DNA of 60,496 bases from Candidatus Adlerbacteria bacterium RIFCSPLOWO2_01_FULL_51_16 (GCA_001775485.1 MEWX01000014.1:29479-89974), one strand, 5' to 3'; shown: positions 25,285 to 35,245, numbered from the stretch's first letter. Numbers and translations are program-made. The notes: generated by a model from the sequence alone, not told the origin.

Positions 25285-25845
25285 ATGAGTCCGCTCTATG
25301 TAATCCTTATTGTTCTTGCGATTGTTGGGGCGTGGGTAATATTTGCTTACAATAATTTTGTGCGGATGGTAAACCGCGCTAAGGAAGCGTGGGCGGATAT
25401 CGACGTCCAACTCAAGCGTCGCTACGATTTGATACCTAATCTCATCGAGTCGGTCAAGGGTTATGTAAAACATGAGCGCGAAACCCTGGAGAAGGTGACC
25501 GCCGCTCGCGTTGCCGCGATGGATGCCTCGGGGCCTGCCGCGCGCGGAGCTGCGGAGAATATGCTGACCGGCGCTTTGAAATCGCTTTTTGCGGTTGCAG
25601 AGGCCTACCCCGACCTCAAGGCGAACCAAAACTTCTTGGAGCTCCAGCGCGAGCTGTCGGACACCGAAAACAAAATCCAAGCGGCGCGCCGCTTCTACAA
25701 CGGCAATGTGCGCGACCTCAATACCGCGACAGAGAGCTTCCCCGGCAATATCATTGCAGGAGTGTTTCACTTTGTCCCGCGCGAGTTCTTTGAGCTTGAG
25801 GCAGGGGAGGCAGCCGCGCGCCAACCGGTAAAGGTCTCTTTCTAG
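25285..25845 (+). CDS. lemA: LemA-family protein
   Basis: N-terminal TM segment, then the signature NNFVRMVNRAKEAWADIDVQLKRRYDLIPNL. Confidence 0.85.
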   Translation: MSPLYVILIVLAIVGAWVIFAYNNFVRMVNRAKEAWADIDVQLKRRYDLIPNLIESVKGYVKHERETLEKVTAARVAAMDASGPAARGAAENMLTGALKSLFAVAEAYPDLKANQNFLELQRELSDTENKIQAARRFYNGNVRDLNTATESFPGNIIAGVFHFVPREFFELEAGEAAARQPVKVSF

Positions 25846-25847
25846 TC

Positions 25848-26324
25848 ATGGAGATAAAAGACAAGGAGATGCACCGCATCGCGGTCACGGCTATTATCTA
25901 TAAGCCCAACCGGACGTATCTCATCACCAAGCGCGGGGAGAAAAAAGTATTTCCCGGTAAATGGATGGCACCCGGCGGCGGCCTCTCGACCGACGATTAT
26001 ATACACGGGAAGCCGAGTCTCGGCGGACAGTGGTACCACTCACTTGAAAAGGCACTACGGCGCGAAATACAAGAAGAGGTCGGTATTGACATAGGAAAGC
26101 CGGAATATCTTATGGACCTGACCTTCGTGCGACCCGACAGAGTGCCGGTCTTGGTATTGAGCTACTTTGCGCCGTATGTTTCGGGCAAGGTACATATCGG
26201 GAAGGACGAGGACGTTGTAGATTTTGCGTGGGTGAGCGCCAAAGAAGCGTCCACGTACGATTTGCTTGAAGGAATGCTTCACGAAGTAGAAGAAGTCGAC
26301 CGCATTCTTTCATCACGGAAATAG
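25848..26324 (+). CDS. NUDIX hydrolase
   Basis: Nudix box G...EKALRREIQEEVGI. Confidence 0.75.
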   Translation: MEIKDKEMHRIAVTAIIYKPNRTYLITKRGEKKVFPGKWMAPGGGLSTDDYIHGKPSLGGQWYHSLEKALRREIQEEVGIDIGKPEYLMDLTFVRPDRVPVLVLSYFAPYVSGKVHIGKDEDVVDFAWVSAKEASTYDLLEGMLHEVEEVDRILSSRK

Positions 26325-26325
26325 T

Positions 26326-27222
26326 ATGGCCACTCTCTATACACATAAGGATCAAAATATCGCGAAGACATGGGTGTTAATGGCCCTGTTTTTTGTCGTT
26401 GTGATGGCGATAGGGTGGGCGGTGTCTTACTATTTTGACAACCCCGGTATTTTAGTGTTTGCAGTTATGTTTGCTCTGGTAATGAATGTGGGAAGTTACT
26501 GGTGGAGCGATAAGCTGGTCGTTGCTATGGCGGGGGCAAAGCCCGCAAGCGAAACTGAGTTTGCCAAGCTCCACAATTTGGTTGAAAATTTGGCTATTAC
26601 CGCAGGTCTTCCTAAGCCGCGCATCTATATCATCGCCGACCCGGCGCCGAATGCGTTTGCAACTGGGAGGAACGCTACACATGCGGTTGTTGCGGTCACG
26701 ACAGGACTTTTGGGGATGCTCGAACACAATGAATTAGAAGGGGTCATAGCCCACGAGCTCTCCCACATCGGCAACCGCGATATGCTGCTCTCCACCGTTG
26801 CGGTCGTCTTGGTGGGGTTTGTCACTTTAGTTTCTGACTTTTTCTTGCGCAACTCTCTGTGGGGCGGGAGGCGCGACAATGGTGATGGCCGGGCAAATGC
26901 TATCTTAGCTATTATCGCGATTGCGCTGATTGTATTGGCGCCCATTGTCGCAATACTTTTACAACTTGCAATTTCGCGCAAGCGCGAGTTTTTGGCCGAT
27001 GCCTCCGGCGCACTTCTCACGCGCTACCCGGAAGGACTCGCAAATGCTCTGCGCAAAATTGGTGCTTACCAAGCGCCTATGCGCCGCGCCAACAACGCGA
27101 CCGCTCACCTGTATATTTCAAACCCCTTTGGTCCCCGGGCTGCAATGTCGGGCCTCGCCAAGCTCTTTATGACCCACCCGCCCGTAGAGGAGCGGATAAA
27201 AGCCCTCATCGGCAATAGATAA
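26326..27222 (+). CDS. htpX: Zinc metalloprotease HtpX (M48)
   Basis: HELSHIGNRD zinc motif, 4 TM segments, C-terminal THPPVEERI. Confidence 0.9.
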   Translation: MATLYTHKDQNIAKTWVLMALFFVVVMAIGWAVSYYFDNPGILVFAVMFALVMNVGSYWWSDKLVVAMAGAKPASETEFAKLHNLVENLAITAGLPKPRIYIIADPAPNAFATGRNATHAVVAVTTGLLGMLEHNELEGVIAHELSHIGNRDMLLSTVAVVLVGFVTLVSDFFLRNSLWGGRRDNGDGRANAILAIIAIALIVLAPIVAILLQLAISRKREFLADASGALLTRYPEGLANALRKIGAYQAPMRRANNATAHLYISNPFGPRAAMSGLAKLFMTHPPVEERIKALIGNR

Positions 27223-27253
27223 AAACCCTTCAATTTGGTAAGGTGTGTCAATT

Positions 27254-27338
27254 GGAGGCGTCGGATAGTGGTTTATTCCACCACCTTGGAAAGGTGGCAT
27301 ACCGCAAGGTATCGTGAGTTCAAATCTCACCGCCTCCG
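27254..27338 (+). tRNA. tRNA-Ser (anticodon GGA)
   Basis: Manual cloverleaf: acceptor GGAGGCG/CGCCTCC, anticodon arm CCACC-TTGGAAA-GGTGG, long variable arm, T arm GTGAG-TTCAAAT-CTCAC. No encoded CCA. Confidence 0.85.
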
Positions 27339-27364
27339 CATTCTCGGTGCGTTATACTATTTCT

Positions 27365-27829
27365 ATGAAATACATTTTGATACCGCTCGCGTTTGTAGGA
27401 ATTTTGCTCGCCTCTCTCACGATTGAGCGGCCTGCTCCTAGAGATCCACTCTCTCCTTCGGTGCAGAGCTTGTCTTATGTGTCTGTGGGCTCAACGACCA
27501 TTTCGGTTGAAGTTGCTGATACTCAGGGTGAGCGTACCCAAGGGCTCTCGGGCCGCACCACACTTCCCGAAGGACATGGCATGCTGTTTGTTTTTGAAAG
27601 GGAAGGGGACTGGGGCATCTGGATGAAAGATATGAAATTTTCTATAGATATTATTTGGATGAACCGCGAAGGCAACATTATAACCATTGCCCGTGACGTT
27701 GCTCCGCAGACGTATCCAAACGCTTTTTACCCCACACAACCGGCTCTCTATGTACTGGAAGTACCAGCTGGGTTTTCAGATAAAAACGGGGTTGCCGAAG
27801 GGATGGGTGTTGTGTTAAAATTGCTCTAG
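27365..27829 (+). CDS. DUF192-family protein (secreted)
   Basis: Signal/TM MKYILIPLAFVGILLA. GLSGRTTLPEGHGMLFVF...WMKDMKFSIDIIWMN pattern. The start is trimmed to the ATG at 27365 to avoid tRNA-Ser. Confidence 0.7.
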   Translation: MKYILIPLAFVGILLASLTIERPAPRDPLSPSVQSLSYVSVGSTTISVEVADTQGERTQGLSGRTTLPEGHGMLFVFEREGDWGIWMKDMKFSIDIIWMNREGNIITIARDVAPQTYPNAFYPTQPALYVLEVPAGFSDKNGVAEGMGVVLKLL

Positions 27830-28206
27830 CGCGTTGAATAACAGCCCTGGCCCTGTCTTCACGGATGGATGGCCGGGGAGGAAAGTCCGAACACTAAGCG
27901 CTGCACCGTGTGGTGCGAGAGTAGCAGGTAACCCCTGTCGTATGCTTTTTGCGGGCATAAGAGGTGCGAGCAGTGACGCTTCTGTCTGAAAAGGCAGGAG
28001 GGGCCCGATCCCAAGCTAGTCGGCCCAATTCCGCCATAGGGATAAGAAAGCGGAAGTGAAACGGCTAAACCCTTACTTTAGTGCAAGGCCGTGTCGCCCT
28101 CTTCTAGTTTTTAGAGGATGGGTGAAGTGCCGCTCGAGCTCCGCGGCGACGCGGAGCCTAGATAAATTGTTGTTCACGACAGAATTCGGCTTACAGACGC
28201 GCGCGC
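27829..28206 (+). ncRNA. rnpB: RNase P RNA (bacterial type A)
   Basis: Universally conserved blocks GGAGGAAAGTCCGAAC (P4 5' side) and CCTAGATAAATTGTTGTTCACGACAGAATTCGGCTTACAG (P4 3' side). Possible P1 pairing agcgcgt/acgcgc. Ends are approximate. Confidence 0.8.
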
Positions 28207-28210
28207 AGAA

Positions 28211-28249
28211 ACACAAACACCCCGCCAAAAGCGGGGTGTTTGTGTTTTT
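28211..28249 (+). terminator. Rho-independent terminator after rnpB
   Basis: acacaaacaccccgc-caaaa-gcggggtgtttgtgt, followed by tttt. Confidence 0.75.
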
Positions 28250-28355
28250 ACCCCCTGTGGATAGAGCGCCCACCGCTCATTCCACGATGCTACACTTATA
28301 GAGGACGACATTATTAAGTGAATAAAGGGGCGTTGTGCCCCCTAAAGTAATTGTT

Positions 28356-30701
28356 ATGCATTCACGACTCGTTTCGTGGTCGCGTAACGCGTACCTGGCA
28401 GGCATCGTGCTTGCAATGGTCCTCGTTATCCCGACTGCATGGTTTCCGTTCCAATTATCAAAACTTAGTGCCTTCGCGCTCGCGGCACTCGTCGCGGCAG
28501 TCCTCCTGTCTCTTGCAGGAGGAGTCAAAGAACTCCTACATTCCCGTGGGGTTAGAGGCGCGTTGCTGGTCGGACTCTTGCCGCTTGTCTATTTCACCTC
28601 GGCACGGTTTGCCGTAGATCCTTCGGTTGCCTACACAGGCTCCGGCATTGAGGCTGACACCGTATTGTTTACGGTTCTTGCCTTTGTGGCGTTTCTCCTC
28701 TCGTTTACATACTTCCGCACGCTCCGGACCGCGCGGCTTCTTCTCACCGTTCTCTCCGGCGCCTTGGTTGCCGCGGTACTGTTTCAGCTTGTCTCTATTG
28801 TGTTCGGGACCAATCTTATACCCTTCCAGACCTTTGCCGACCGCTCGGTCAACCTAATCGGTAAGTGGAATGACCTAGGACTTCTTGTCGGGCTTTTGGT
28901 GATGTTTCTTCTTGTGCGAGTTGAGCTCATGGCGGGAACAAAATTCTTCCGCGTGGGAGCGGCGATTGGGTGTGCGGTGCTCGCAGTGCTTCTCGGAGTC
29001 ATCAACTTTCCGCTCATATGGGGACTCCTCCTTGCGTTCTGTGTTGCGCTCGCGTTAGTTAAATTCATCACGGAGAAAGTTCCGGAGTCGCAAGGAGAGA
29101 CCTCCGAGCAGGCATGGTTACGCCGCTTGCCGTGGTTTTCCGGCATTGTAGCGCTTGTCGCCGTTGTATTTCTCTTCTTTGGTACGGCCTTTAACACAGG
29201 GCTTACCAGCATTTTTCCGGTCTCTTCTCTTGAGGTGCGCCCTTCGTACGAATCGACTCTCGGGGTCGGGAGTGCCGTTCGCGGGAGCTCGTTTGGGCGG
29301 CTTCTTGTCGGCTCGGGCCCCAATTCGTTCGGAGAGCAATGGCTTCTGCACAAACCTTCGGAAGTGAATCAGTCGCCATTTTGGAATGTCGATTTTAATG
29401 TCGGCTTCTCGACCTTGGTCACCGCTCTTCAAACCGTGGGGCTTCTGGGGCTTCTTGCGTGGCTCGTTCCCCTGATCCTTGTGCTTGCGGGAGCGGTGCG
29501 CGCTGTGCGGCTTTCCGTTTTAGGGAAGGAGGACAGGGGGATTGCTGCGGCGCTCATCATCGGAAGCTTGTTTCTTCTTTCGGCTCTCGCGCTTTATGTT
29601 CCGAGTCCAAACCTGATTCTTCTTGCGTTTGTTCTCTCCGGCGCCGCCTTCGGCTTTCTTTGGCGGCAAGGGCAAGAGAGTGCGGGAGCTGAACACGCAT
29701 CTTCGCGCCTCAAAATGCTTCTCATGGCGGGGGCGGCGCTCGCACTTATCGCACTCACGCTTCTTGCCGCAGTGGTGATAGTGCGCCGCACCGTTTCTGA
29801 AATATTTGTGAATCGTGGTGCTCTTACGCTACAAAGCGGAAACGCTGATGCGGCATTTCAAAGTGCCGCCTCCGCTGCGCGCATTGAAACAACCGGTAAT
29901 GTGCTGCGCCTTGCCGCGAGCGCCGGCGCCCAGAAGCTTGGACAGATCGCGCAGGACACGACGCTCTCGCAAGAACAAGCGCGCGCAAGCTTCGAGTCAA
30001 CCCTTCAACAAACCATTGCGGCGGGAAACCAGGCGGCGCTCCAAAACCCCGGAGATTACCGTCCGCATCTTATCTTGGCGAGCGTGTACGACTTCTTGGC
30101 GGGGCTCAGCGTAGAGGGTGCTTACGAAAGTGCAACAGCCACGTATGCGGAAGCGGCAAAGCGTAACCCCAACAATCCAGCTGTTCCTTTTGCGCTCGCG
30201 CGCCTTGAGGGTGCGAGGGGCAATATTGCAGGGTCACGTACGGAAGTAGGAAAAGCCCTCACGCTCAAACCGAACTATACCGACGCAATACTCCTTGTTG
30301 TTCAGCTCGATATTGCGGAAAACGATATTCCCTCGGCAATTCAAGCGGCAACTGCTGCCGCGCAGACCGCACCCGGAGTCGCTCCGATATGGTTTCAGCT
30401 CGGGCTCCTCTACTATGTTGCCGGTAATGCCACAAATGCCGCATTAGCGTTCGAGCAGGCTCTCACTCTGGTCGCTGATTACGCAAATGCAAAATATTTC
30501 CTCGGGCTTTCGTACGCGACACTCAATAGAAACGATGAGGCAATAAAGCAATTCCAGGATCTCGAAAAAACGAACCCCGATAACGCGGAAGTAAAGAGTA
30601 TCCTCCAGAATCTGCAGGCAGGTAATGCTCCGTTTGAAGGGGCAACTCCTCCGGTAACGCCTCGTTCTCAAGCACAACCTCCTGCTCCCATAGAGGAGTA
30701 G
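28356..30701 (+). CDS. Polytopic membrane protein with C-terminal TPR repeats (O-antigen ligase/Wzy-like architecture)
   Basis: More than 10 hydrophobic segments over the first ~480 aa, then TPR-like repeats (...YYVAGNATNAALAFEQALTLVADYANAKYFLGLSYATLNRNDEAIKQFQDLEK...). The family call rests on architecture only. Confidence 0.5.
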   Translation: MHSRLVSWSRNAYLAGIVLAMVLVIPTAWFPFQLSKLSAFALAALVAAVLLSLAGGVKELLHSRGVRGALLVGLLPLVYFTSARFAVDPSVAYTGSGIEADTVLFTVLAFVAFLLSFTYFRTLRTARLLLTVLSGALVAAVLFQLVSIVFGTNLIPFQTFADRSVNLIGKWNDLGLLVGLLVMFLLVRVELMAGTKFFRVGAAIGCAVLAVLLGVINFPLIWGLLLAFCVALALVKFITEKVPESQGETSEQAWLRRLPWFSGIVALVAVVFLFFGTAFNTGLTSIFPVSSLEVRPSYESTLGVGSAVRGSSFGRLLVGSGPNSFGEQWLLHKPSEVNQSPFWNVDFNVGFSTLVTALQTVGLLGLLAWLVPLILVLAGAVRAVRLSVLGKEDRGIAAALIIGSLFLLSALALYVPSPNLILLAFVLSGAAFGFLWRQGQESAGAEHASSRLKMLLMAGAALALIALTLLAAVVIVRRTVSEIFVNRGALTLQSGNADAAFQSAASAARIETTGNVLRLAASAGAQKLGQIAQDTTLSQEQARASFESTLQQTIAAGNQAALQNPGDYRPHLILASVYDFLAGLSVEGAYESATATYAEAAKRNPNNPAVPFALARLEGARGNIAGSRTEVGKALTLKPNYTDAILLVVQLDIAENDIPSAIQAATAAAQTAPGVAPIWFQLGLLYYVAGNATNAALAFEQALTLVADYANAKYFLGLSYATLNRNDEAIKQFQDLEKTNPDNAEVKSILQNLQAGNAPFEGATPPVTPRSQAQPPAPIEE

Positions 30702-30714
30702 TAAGTAATAGCAA

Positions 30715-32400
30715 ATGGTACGCGCATTTCTCTCCGCATTCACACACGAGGTGCGCGGGTTGCATGAGGCCGCCTATCTTCTGGCGGCCTTTGCTCTGTC
30801 TTCGCAGCTATTGGGGCTCATACGCGACCGGTTGCTCGCCGGCACCTTTGGTGCCGGCGAAACGCTAGACGGCTACTACGCTGCATTCCGTATTCCGGAT
30901 GTCTTATTTGCGACCGTTGCCTCCCTTCTCTCCCTCTATGCACTCTTACCAATACTCTCCCGCCTCGAGGAGGAGAACCAGGGCTTTGCGATTGCGTTTC
31001 TGCGGCGATCACTCCTTCTGTTTTTCGGGGGAATGGCCGTGGTCTCGGGGATAGCGTTTCTTCTCGCTCCTGTTCTTATTCCGTTTGTTGCTCCTGGAAT
31101 AGCGGAGGGGGGAGGGTATGACGATCTGTTGCTTCTGACACGTATGCTGCTCTTGCAGCCGATACTGCTCGGGGCATCTAATGTTGTTGCGGCGTTGACT
31201 CAACTCCGGCATCGTTTTTTTCTCTACGCGATATCGCCGCTTCTCTATAACCTCGGCATTATCGGGGGCATTGTATTTCTCTATCCCGTTTTGGGAATTG
31301 CGGGTTTGGGGTGGGGGGTGCTTCTTGGAGCGCTCCTGCACTTCCTCGTCCAAGCGGGGTTTTTTGCACGTGAAGGGATAAGTCAGGAGCACTTACCGCC
31401 CTCGCGTTTTTGGTCGTCGTTTGGAGAGGTACTTTGGCTTTCCGTGCCGCGCACCCTTTCGCTTGCGGCGGGGCAGATTTCACTGTTGGTGCTGGTTGCT
31501 CTCGCTTCATTATTTGCACCCGGTTCGATTGCGGTCTTTATGTTTGCATTTAACCTGCAGGCGGTGCCGTTGGCTATTATCGGCGTTTCTTACTCGGTCG
31601 CCGCATTTCCGACCCTGGCCCGACTTTTTGCCTCGGGCAGCAACAAGGACTTCCTTTGGCATCTGGAGGTGGCGCTCAGGCACATTATTTTCTGGACGGT
31701 ACCCGCGATGCTTTTGGTGATAGTGCTGCGCGCGCAATTAGTGCGCACTATCCTCGGTAGCGGTGCGTTCGATTGGGACGCGACGCGCCTAACCGCAGCA
31801 GCGCTTGCACTTTTTGTTCTTTCGCTTTCAGCACAAAGTATTACGCTCCTTATTGCGCGCGCATACTATGCCGCAGGAAAGACGGCGCTTCCTCTGCGAC
31901 TCGGCGCGCTTTCGGTCGTAGTGTCTGTGGGTTCGGCACTTCTTTTCATAACGCTCTTCCACGCCCACCCGCTTATTCGTCTCTTCCTTGAGTCAGCTCT
32001 GCGTGTCAGCGATATTCCGGGGACAACTGTGCTTATGCTTGCGCTCGGTTATGCGACAGGGGCTCTCGTGCAGGCCGGAGCAGGGCTCTGGTATTTGCGG
32101 CGTGATTTTGGAATAGCTCTTTCCGGTTTACGGGAACTCGGATTTCAAAGCTTTAGTGCGGGCATGATTGGTGGCGCCGCTGCCTACGGCACTCTCTGGG
32201 TTATGGGTGGGGTGGTTGATATCAATACCGTCTTCGGGATTGTCTCGCAGGGTTTTGTTGGAGGAATTGTAGGACTTTTAGTCACTGGCATCGTTTTGAT
32301 GCTACTAAAAAATGCAGAGTTTACCGAAGCGGTATCGGCATTCCGGAGGCGCTTCGTCGACACCCCGCCAGTTGTGTTGGAACCAACCGACGTGTCATAG
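30715..32400 (+). CDS. murJ: Lipid II flippase MurJ (MviN family)
   Basis: 561 aa, about 14 TM segments. N-terminal LLGLIRDRLLAGTFGAGETLDGYYAAFRIPD signature. Confidence 0.85.
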   Translation: MVRAFLSAFTHEVRGLHEAAYLLAAFALSSQLLGLIRDRLLAGTFGAGETLDGYYAAFRIPDVLFATVASLLSLYALLPILSRLEEENQGFAIAFLRRSLLLFFGGMAVVSGIAFLLAPVLIPFVAPGIAEGGGYDDLLLLTRMLLLQPILLGASNVVAALTQLRHRFFLYAISPLLYNLGIIGGIVFLYPVLGIAGLGWGVLLGALLHFLVQAGFFAREGISQEHLPPSRFWSSFGEVLWLSVPRTLSLAAGQISLLVLVALASLFAPGSIAVFMFAFNLQAVPLAIIGVSYSVAAFPTLARLFASGSNKDFLWHLEVALRHIIFWTVPAMLLVIVLRAQLVRTILGSGAFDWDATRLTAAALALFVLSLSAQSITLLIARAYYAAGKTALPLRLGALSVVVSVGSALLFITLFHAHPLIRLFLESALRVSDIPGTTVLMLALGYATGALVQAGAGLWYLRRDFGIALSGLRELGFQSFSAGMIGGAAAYGTLWVMGGVVDINTVFGIVSQGFVGGIVGLLVTGIVLMLLKNAEFTEAVSAFRRRFVDTPPVVLEPTDVS

Positions 32401-32426
32401 CGAGGGGGGTGTGGTAGATTCTCTCT

Positions 32427-34202
32427 GTGCAACACATACGGAATTTCAGCATTATCGCGCATATCGACCACGGTAAATCAACCCTTGCCGACCGTTTTTT
32501 GGAGCTCACAAAAACCATAGAGAAGCGCAAAATGCGCGAGCAAGTGCTTGATTCTATGGAGCTTGAGCGCGAGCGGGGCATCACAATTAAGATGCAGCCG
32601 GTCAAAATGGTATGGAAAAACCACGTCTTCAATTTGATAGACACTCCGGGGCATATCGACTTCTCCTACGAGGTTTCCCGTGCGCTCTCTGCGGTTGAAG
32701 GCGCTATTCTTCTTGTAGATGCGACCCAAGGGGTACAGGCACAAACTCTTTCGGTTCTGCGTCAGGCAAAGGAACTAGGGCTCGTTATTGTGCCCGCTGT
32801 TTCAAAAATTGATTCTCCTCTTGCACAAACAGATGATGTCAAGAATCAGCTCGCGAAATTGCTTGAGGTATCTCCGGACTCGGTTCTTCTTTGTTCGGGT
32901 AGAACAGGGGAGGGGGTCGATGCCTTACTTCAGGCGGTTATTGAAAGAGTTCCTCCGCCAAAGGAAGGAGGAAAGCACGCCCCTCCACGCGCGCTCGTGT
33001 TTGATTTTCAGTATTCCGACCACCAGGGTGTTATCGTGTATTTGCGGATATTTGGCGGTTCGCTCAAAAAAGGGGACGCCCTCGAGTTTGCCGCAAACGA
33101 CAGGTCGTTTGTTGCTCTTGAAGTGGGTACCTTCTCCCCGGCGCCATCGCCCGCCCCGGCACTTGAGGCGGGCGCTATCGGTTATGTAGTGACCGGCATC
33201 AAAGAGCCGGGGCTTGCGCGAGTAGGAGACACGGTGCGCGGCAAAAATACTAAGTCTGCCCCGCTTGCGGGCTACGCGGAGCCGCGGCCGGTCGTGTGGG
33301 CTAGCGTGTATCCCGAGAGCCAGGATGATTTTACGAAATTGCGACAGTCGCTCTCTCGCTTGCGACTTTCCGACTCCTCGCTTTCGTTTGAAGAAGAATC
33401 TTCGGGAGTTTTGGGGCGGGGCTTCCGGTGCGGTTTTTTGGGTATGCTCCACCTTGAGATTGTTACCGAACGCCTACGTCGCGAATTTAATTTGGAACTC
33501 GTCGTCACGACCCCGACAATTTCCTACGAGGTGGAAACAAAAAATGGTGAAAAGCGCACAATATACTCGCCCTCGCTTTTCCCCGAGTACGGGCAAATCC
33601 TCTCCGTACGCGAATCACAGGTTCTCGCAAAAATAATACTCCCCGCACAATATTTGGGAAACGTTGTGTCGCTTTTATATGAACACGAGGCGAGTGTCGA
33701 GTCGACGACTAATTTTAGTGAGGGGCGCATCATGCTTGCGGTAGTGATGCCTCTGCGCGAGCTTATGCGAAATTTTTTTGACAAGGTAAAAAGTGCGACA
33801 CAGGGGTACGCCTCTATCTCGTATGAAATAAAAGAGATGCAAAAGGCAGAGGTCGCCCGCCTCGATATTCTCGTTGCCGATGAGTTGATCCCCGCATTTT
33901 CCCGCATTGTTGCGGAGGGGCGTGCTTTTGAGGAAGCAAAAGCGGCAGTAGAAAAACTCTACGGCATACTGCCGCGGAGCCAGTTTGCAACCAAAATCCA
34001 AGGGGTTGCACTCGGCCGCATCCTCTCCTCGCGTACTTTGCCGGCGATGAGTAAAAATGTTACCCAGCACATGTACGGCGGTGACAGAACCCGCAAAATG
34101 AAATTATGGGCAAAGCAAAAGCGTGGTAAAGAAAAGCTAAAAGAGCGGGGGCGTGTCAACATCCCCGGGGAGGTTTTTCTCAAAATGGTTAAGAGTGAGT
34201 AG
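32427..34202 (+). CDS. lepA: Elongation factor 4 (LepA)
   Basis: IRNFSIIAHIDHGKSTLADR G1 motif, DTPGHIDF G3 motif, LepA C-terminal domain. GTG start. Confidence 0.95.
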   Translation: MQHIRNFSIIAHIDHGKSTLADRFLELTKTIEKRKMREQVLDSMELERERGITIKMQPVKMVWKNHVFNLIDTPGHIDFSYEVSRALSAVEGAILLVDATQGVQAQTLSVLRQAKELGLVIVPAVSKIDSPLAQTDDVKNQLAKLLEVSPDSVLLCSGRTGEGVDALLQAVIERVPPPKEGGKHAPPRALVFDFQYSDHQGVIVYLRIFGGSLKKGDALEFAANDRSFVALEVGTFSPAPSPAPALEAGAIGYVVTGIKEPGLARVGDTVRGKNTKSAPLAGYAEPRPVVWASVYPESQDDFTKLRQSLSRLRLSDSSLSFEEESSGVLGRGFRCGFLGMLHLEIVTERLRREFNLELVVTTPTISYEVETKNGEKRTIYSPSLFPEYGQILSVRESQVLAKIILPAQYLGNVVSLLYEHEASVESTTNFSEGRIMLAVVMPLRELMRNFFDKVKSATQGYASISYEIKEMQKAEVARLDILVADELIPAFSRIVAEGRAFEEAKAAVEKLYGILPRSQFATKIQGVALGRILSSRTLPAMSKNVTQHMYGGDRTRKMKLWAKQKRGKEKLKERGRVNIPGEVFLKMVKSE

Positions 34203-34341
34203 CTCTAGAGTTAAAGAGCGAAGTAAGTGAGTATCATACTCGCCGCGACGATGAGCGCGACCACGATACCAAAGATGCGCACCGCCTTCTGGCCCTTTTT
34301 GCTGAATAGAAACAAGTGCATTGAGGTACAATATAACATGT

Positions 34342-34737
34342 ATGCAGGATTTCAGCAAAGTAAGACATCGCCAGGGACTTGAGTTGCTGCGGTTGTGTGC
34401 GACGGTTGCGGGTACTGTAGCCCTCGCGTTTCTGATTATTGTCTCGGCGCGTGCAGCGTGGGATATGTACGGAAAGTTTTCTGCAGCGAGCGAAAGCCGG
34501 CAGGCAGCCGAGAGCGAGCTCCAGGCTCTCCAGGAGAAAAAAGAACGAGTAGAAGCGGCAGTTGTCTCTCTTTCCTCGGAGCGTGGTGTTGAAGCAGAAG
34601 TGCGGGAGCGTTTTGGGGTTGCAAAACCCGGGGAAGGGGAAATAAAAATAGTACGCGACGAGAGTCAGGATGCCCCAGATGTTTCAAAGTCGAAAAATAT
34701 CTTTCAGCGTATTTGGGAGGCGCTTTTTGTATGGTAA
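34342..34737 (+). CDS. Septum formation initiator-like protein (FtsB/DivIC family)
   Basis: Single TM segment, then a coiled coil (ESELQALQEKKERVEAAV) and the ...EVRERFGVAKPGEGEIKIV motif. Confidence 0.6.
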   Translation: MQDFSKVRHRQGLELLRLCATVAGTVALAFLIIVSARAAWDMYGKFSAASESRQAAESELQALQEKKERVEAAVVSLSSERGVEAEVRERFGVAKPGEGEIKIVRDESQDAPDVSKSKNIFQRIWEALFVW

Positions 34738-34802
34738 CCGGTGCGAGTGGGGGGAACCCCGCAGGAAACGCTTCGCGTTCCAACGGGGCAGGTCGAACTC
34801 TG

Positions 34803-34873
34803 TGCGGATAGGGAGAATCGAACTCCCGCCTACTGCTTGGGAAGCAGTCATTCTACCACTAAACTATATCCGC
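34803..34873 (-). tRNA. tRNA-Gly (anticodon CCC)
   Basis: GCGGATA-TA-GTTTAGTGGTAGAAT-G-ACTGC-TTCCCAA-GCAGT-AGGC-GGGAG-TTCGATT-CTCCC-TATCCGC-A. Confidence 0.85.
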
Positions 34874-35002
34874 CTGTTTTTTTGGAAGTTTACCCCGTTC
34901 ACTTTGCGAAGCAAAGTTGTTCGGGGCATCTGTTCTGCCACTAAACCACACTCGCAGGATATTTATATCTCGTGCAAGTGAATTTTATGCTATAGTTTTG
35001 GT

Positions 35003-35245
35003 ATGGACAAGCATGTCACCATTTATTCAACGCCGACCTGCCACTTTTGCAAAATGGCAAAAGATTTCTTTACTGAAAAAAATGTTCCCTTTACTGCCTA
35101 CGATGTCGCGGCCGACGCCGCAAAGCGTGCCGAGATGATAGGCCTAACCGGCCAGCTCGGCGTCCCCGTCATTGTTATCAATGATGAAATCCTGGTCGGC
35201 TTTGATAGAGAGAAGCTTGCTGCTAAACTAGGCATCCAAGCGTAA
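35003..35245 (+). CDS. Glutaredoxin-like protein (NrdH/Grx family)
   Basis: 80 aa. VTIYSTPTCHFCKMAKDFF active-site CxxC and GVPVIVIND. Confidence 0.8.
   Translation: MDKHVTIYSTPTCHFCKMAKDFFTEKNVPFTAYDVAADAAKRAEMIGLTGQLGVPVIVINDEILVGFDREKLAAKLGIQA

Noticed and set aside
27314-27364. N-terminal extension of the DUF192 ORF offered by the track
   Set aside because: The extension overlaps the 3' part of tRNA-Ser(GGA). A signal peptide begins at the internal ATG at 27365.
28056-28301. 81-aa plus-strand ORF (and the 66-aa minus-strand ORF at 28073-28273)
   Set aside because: Both lie inside RNase P RNA and its terminator. The conserved P4 strings explain the region.
34211-34321. 36-aa minus-strand hydrophobic ORF (MHLFLFSKKGQKAVRIFGIVVALIVAASMILTYFAL) between lepA and the ftsB-like gene
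   Set aside because: It is plausible as a small membrane peptide, but it has no SD, no homology evidence and is very short. That is not enough to call a feature.
34670-34981. 103-aa plus-strand ORF and the 67-aa ORF at 34741-34944
   Set aside because: They span tRNA-Gly(CCC) and its flanking hairpins, so the region is RNA-coding, not protein-coding.
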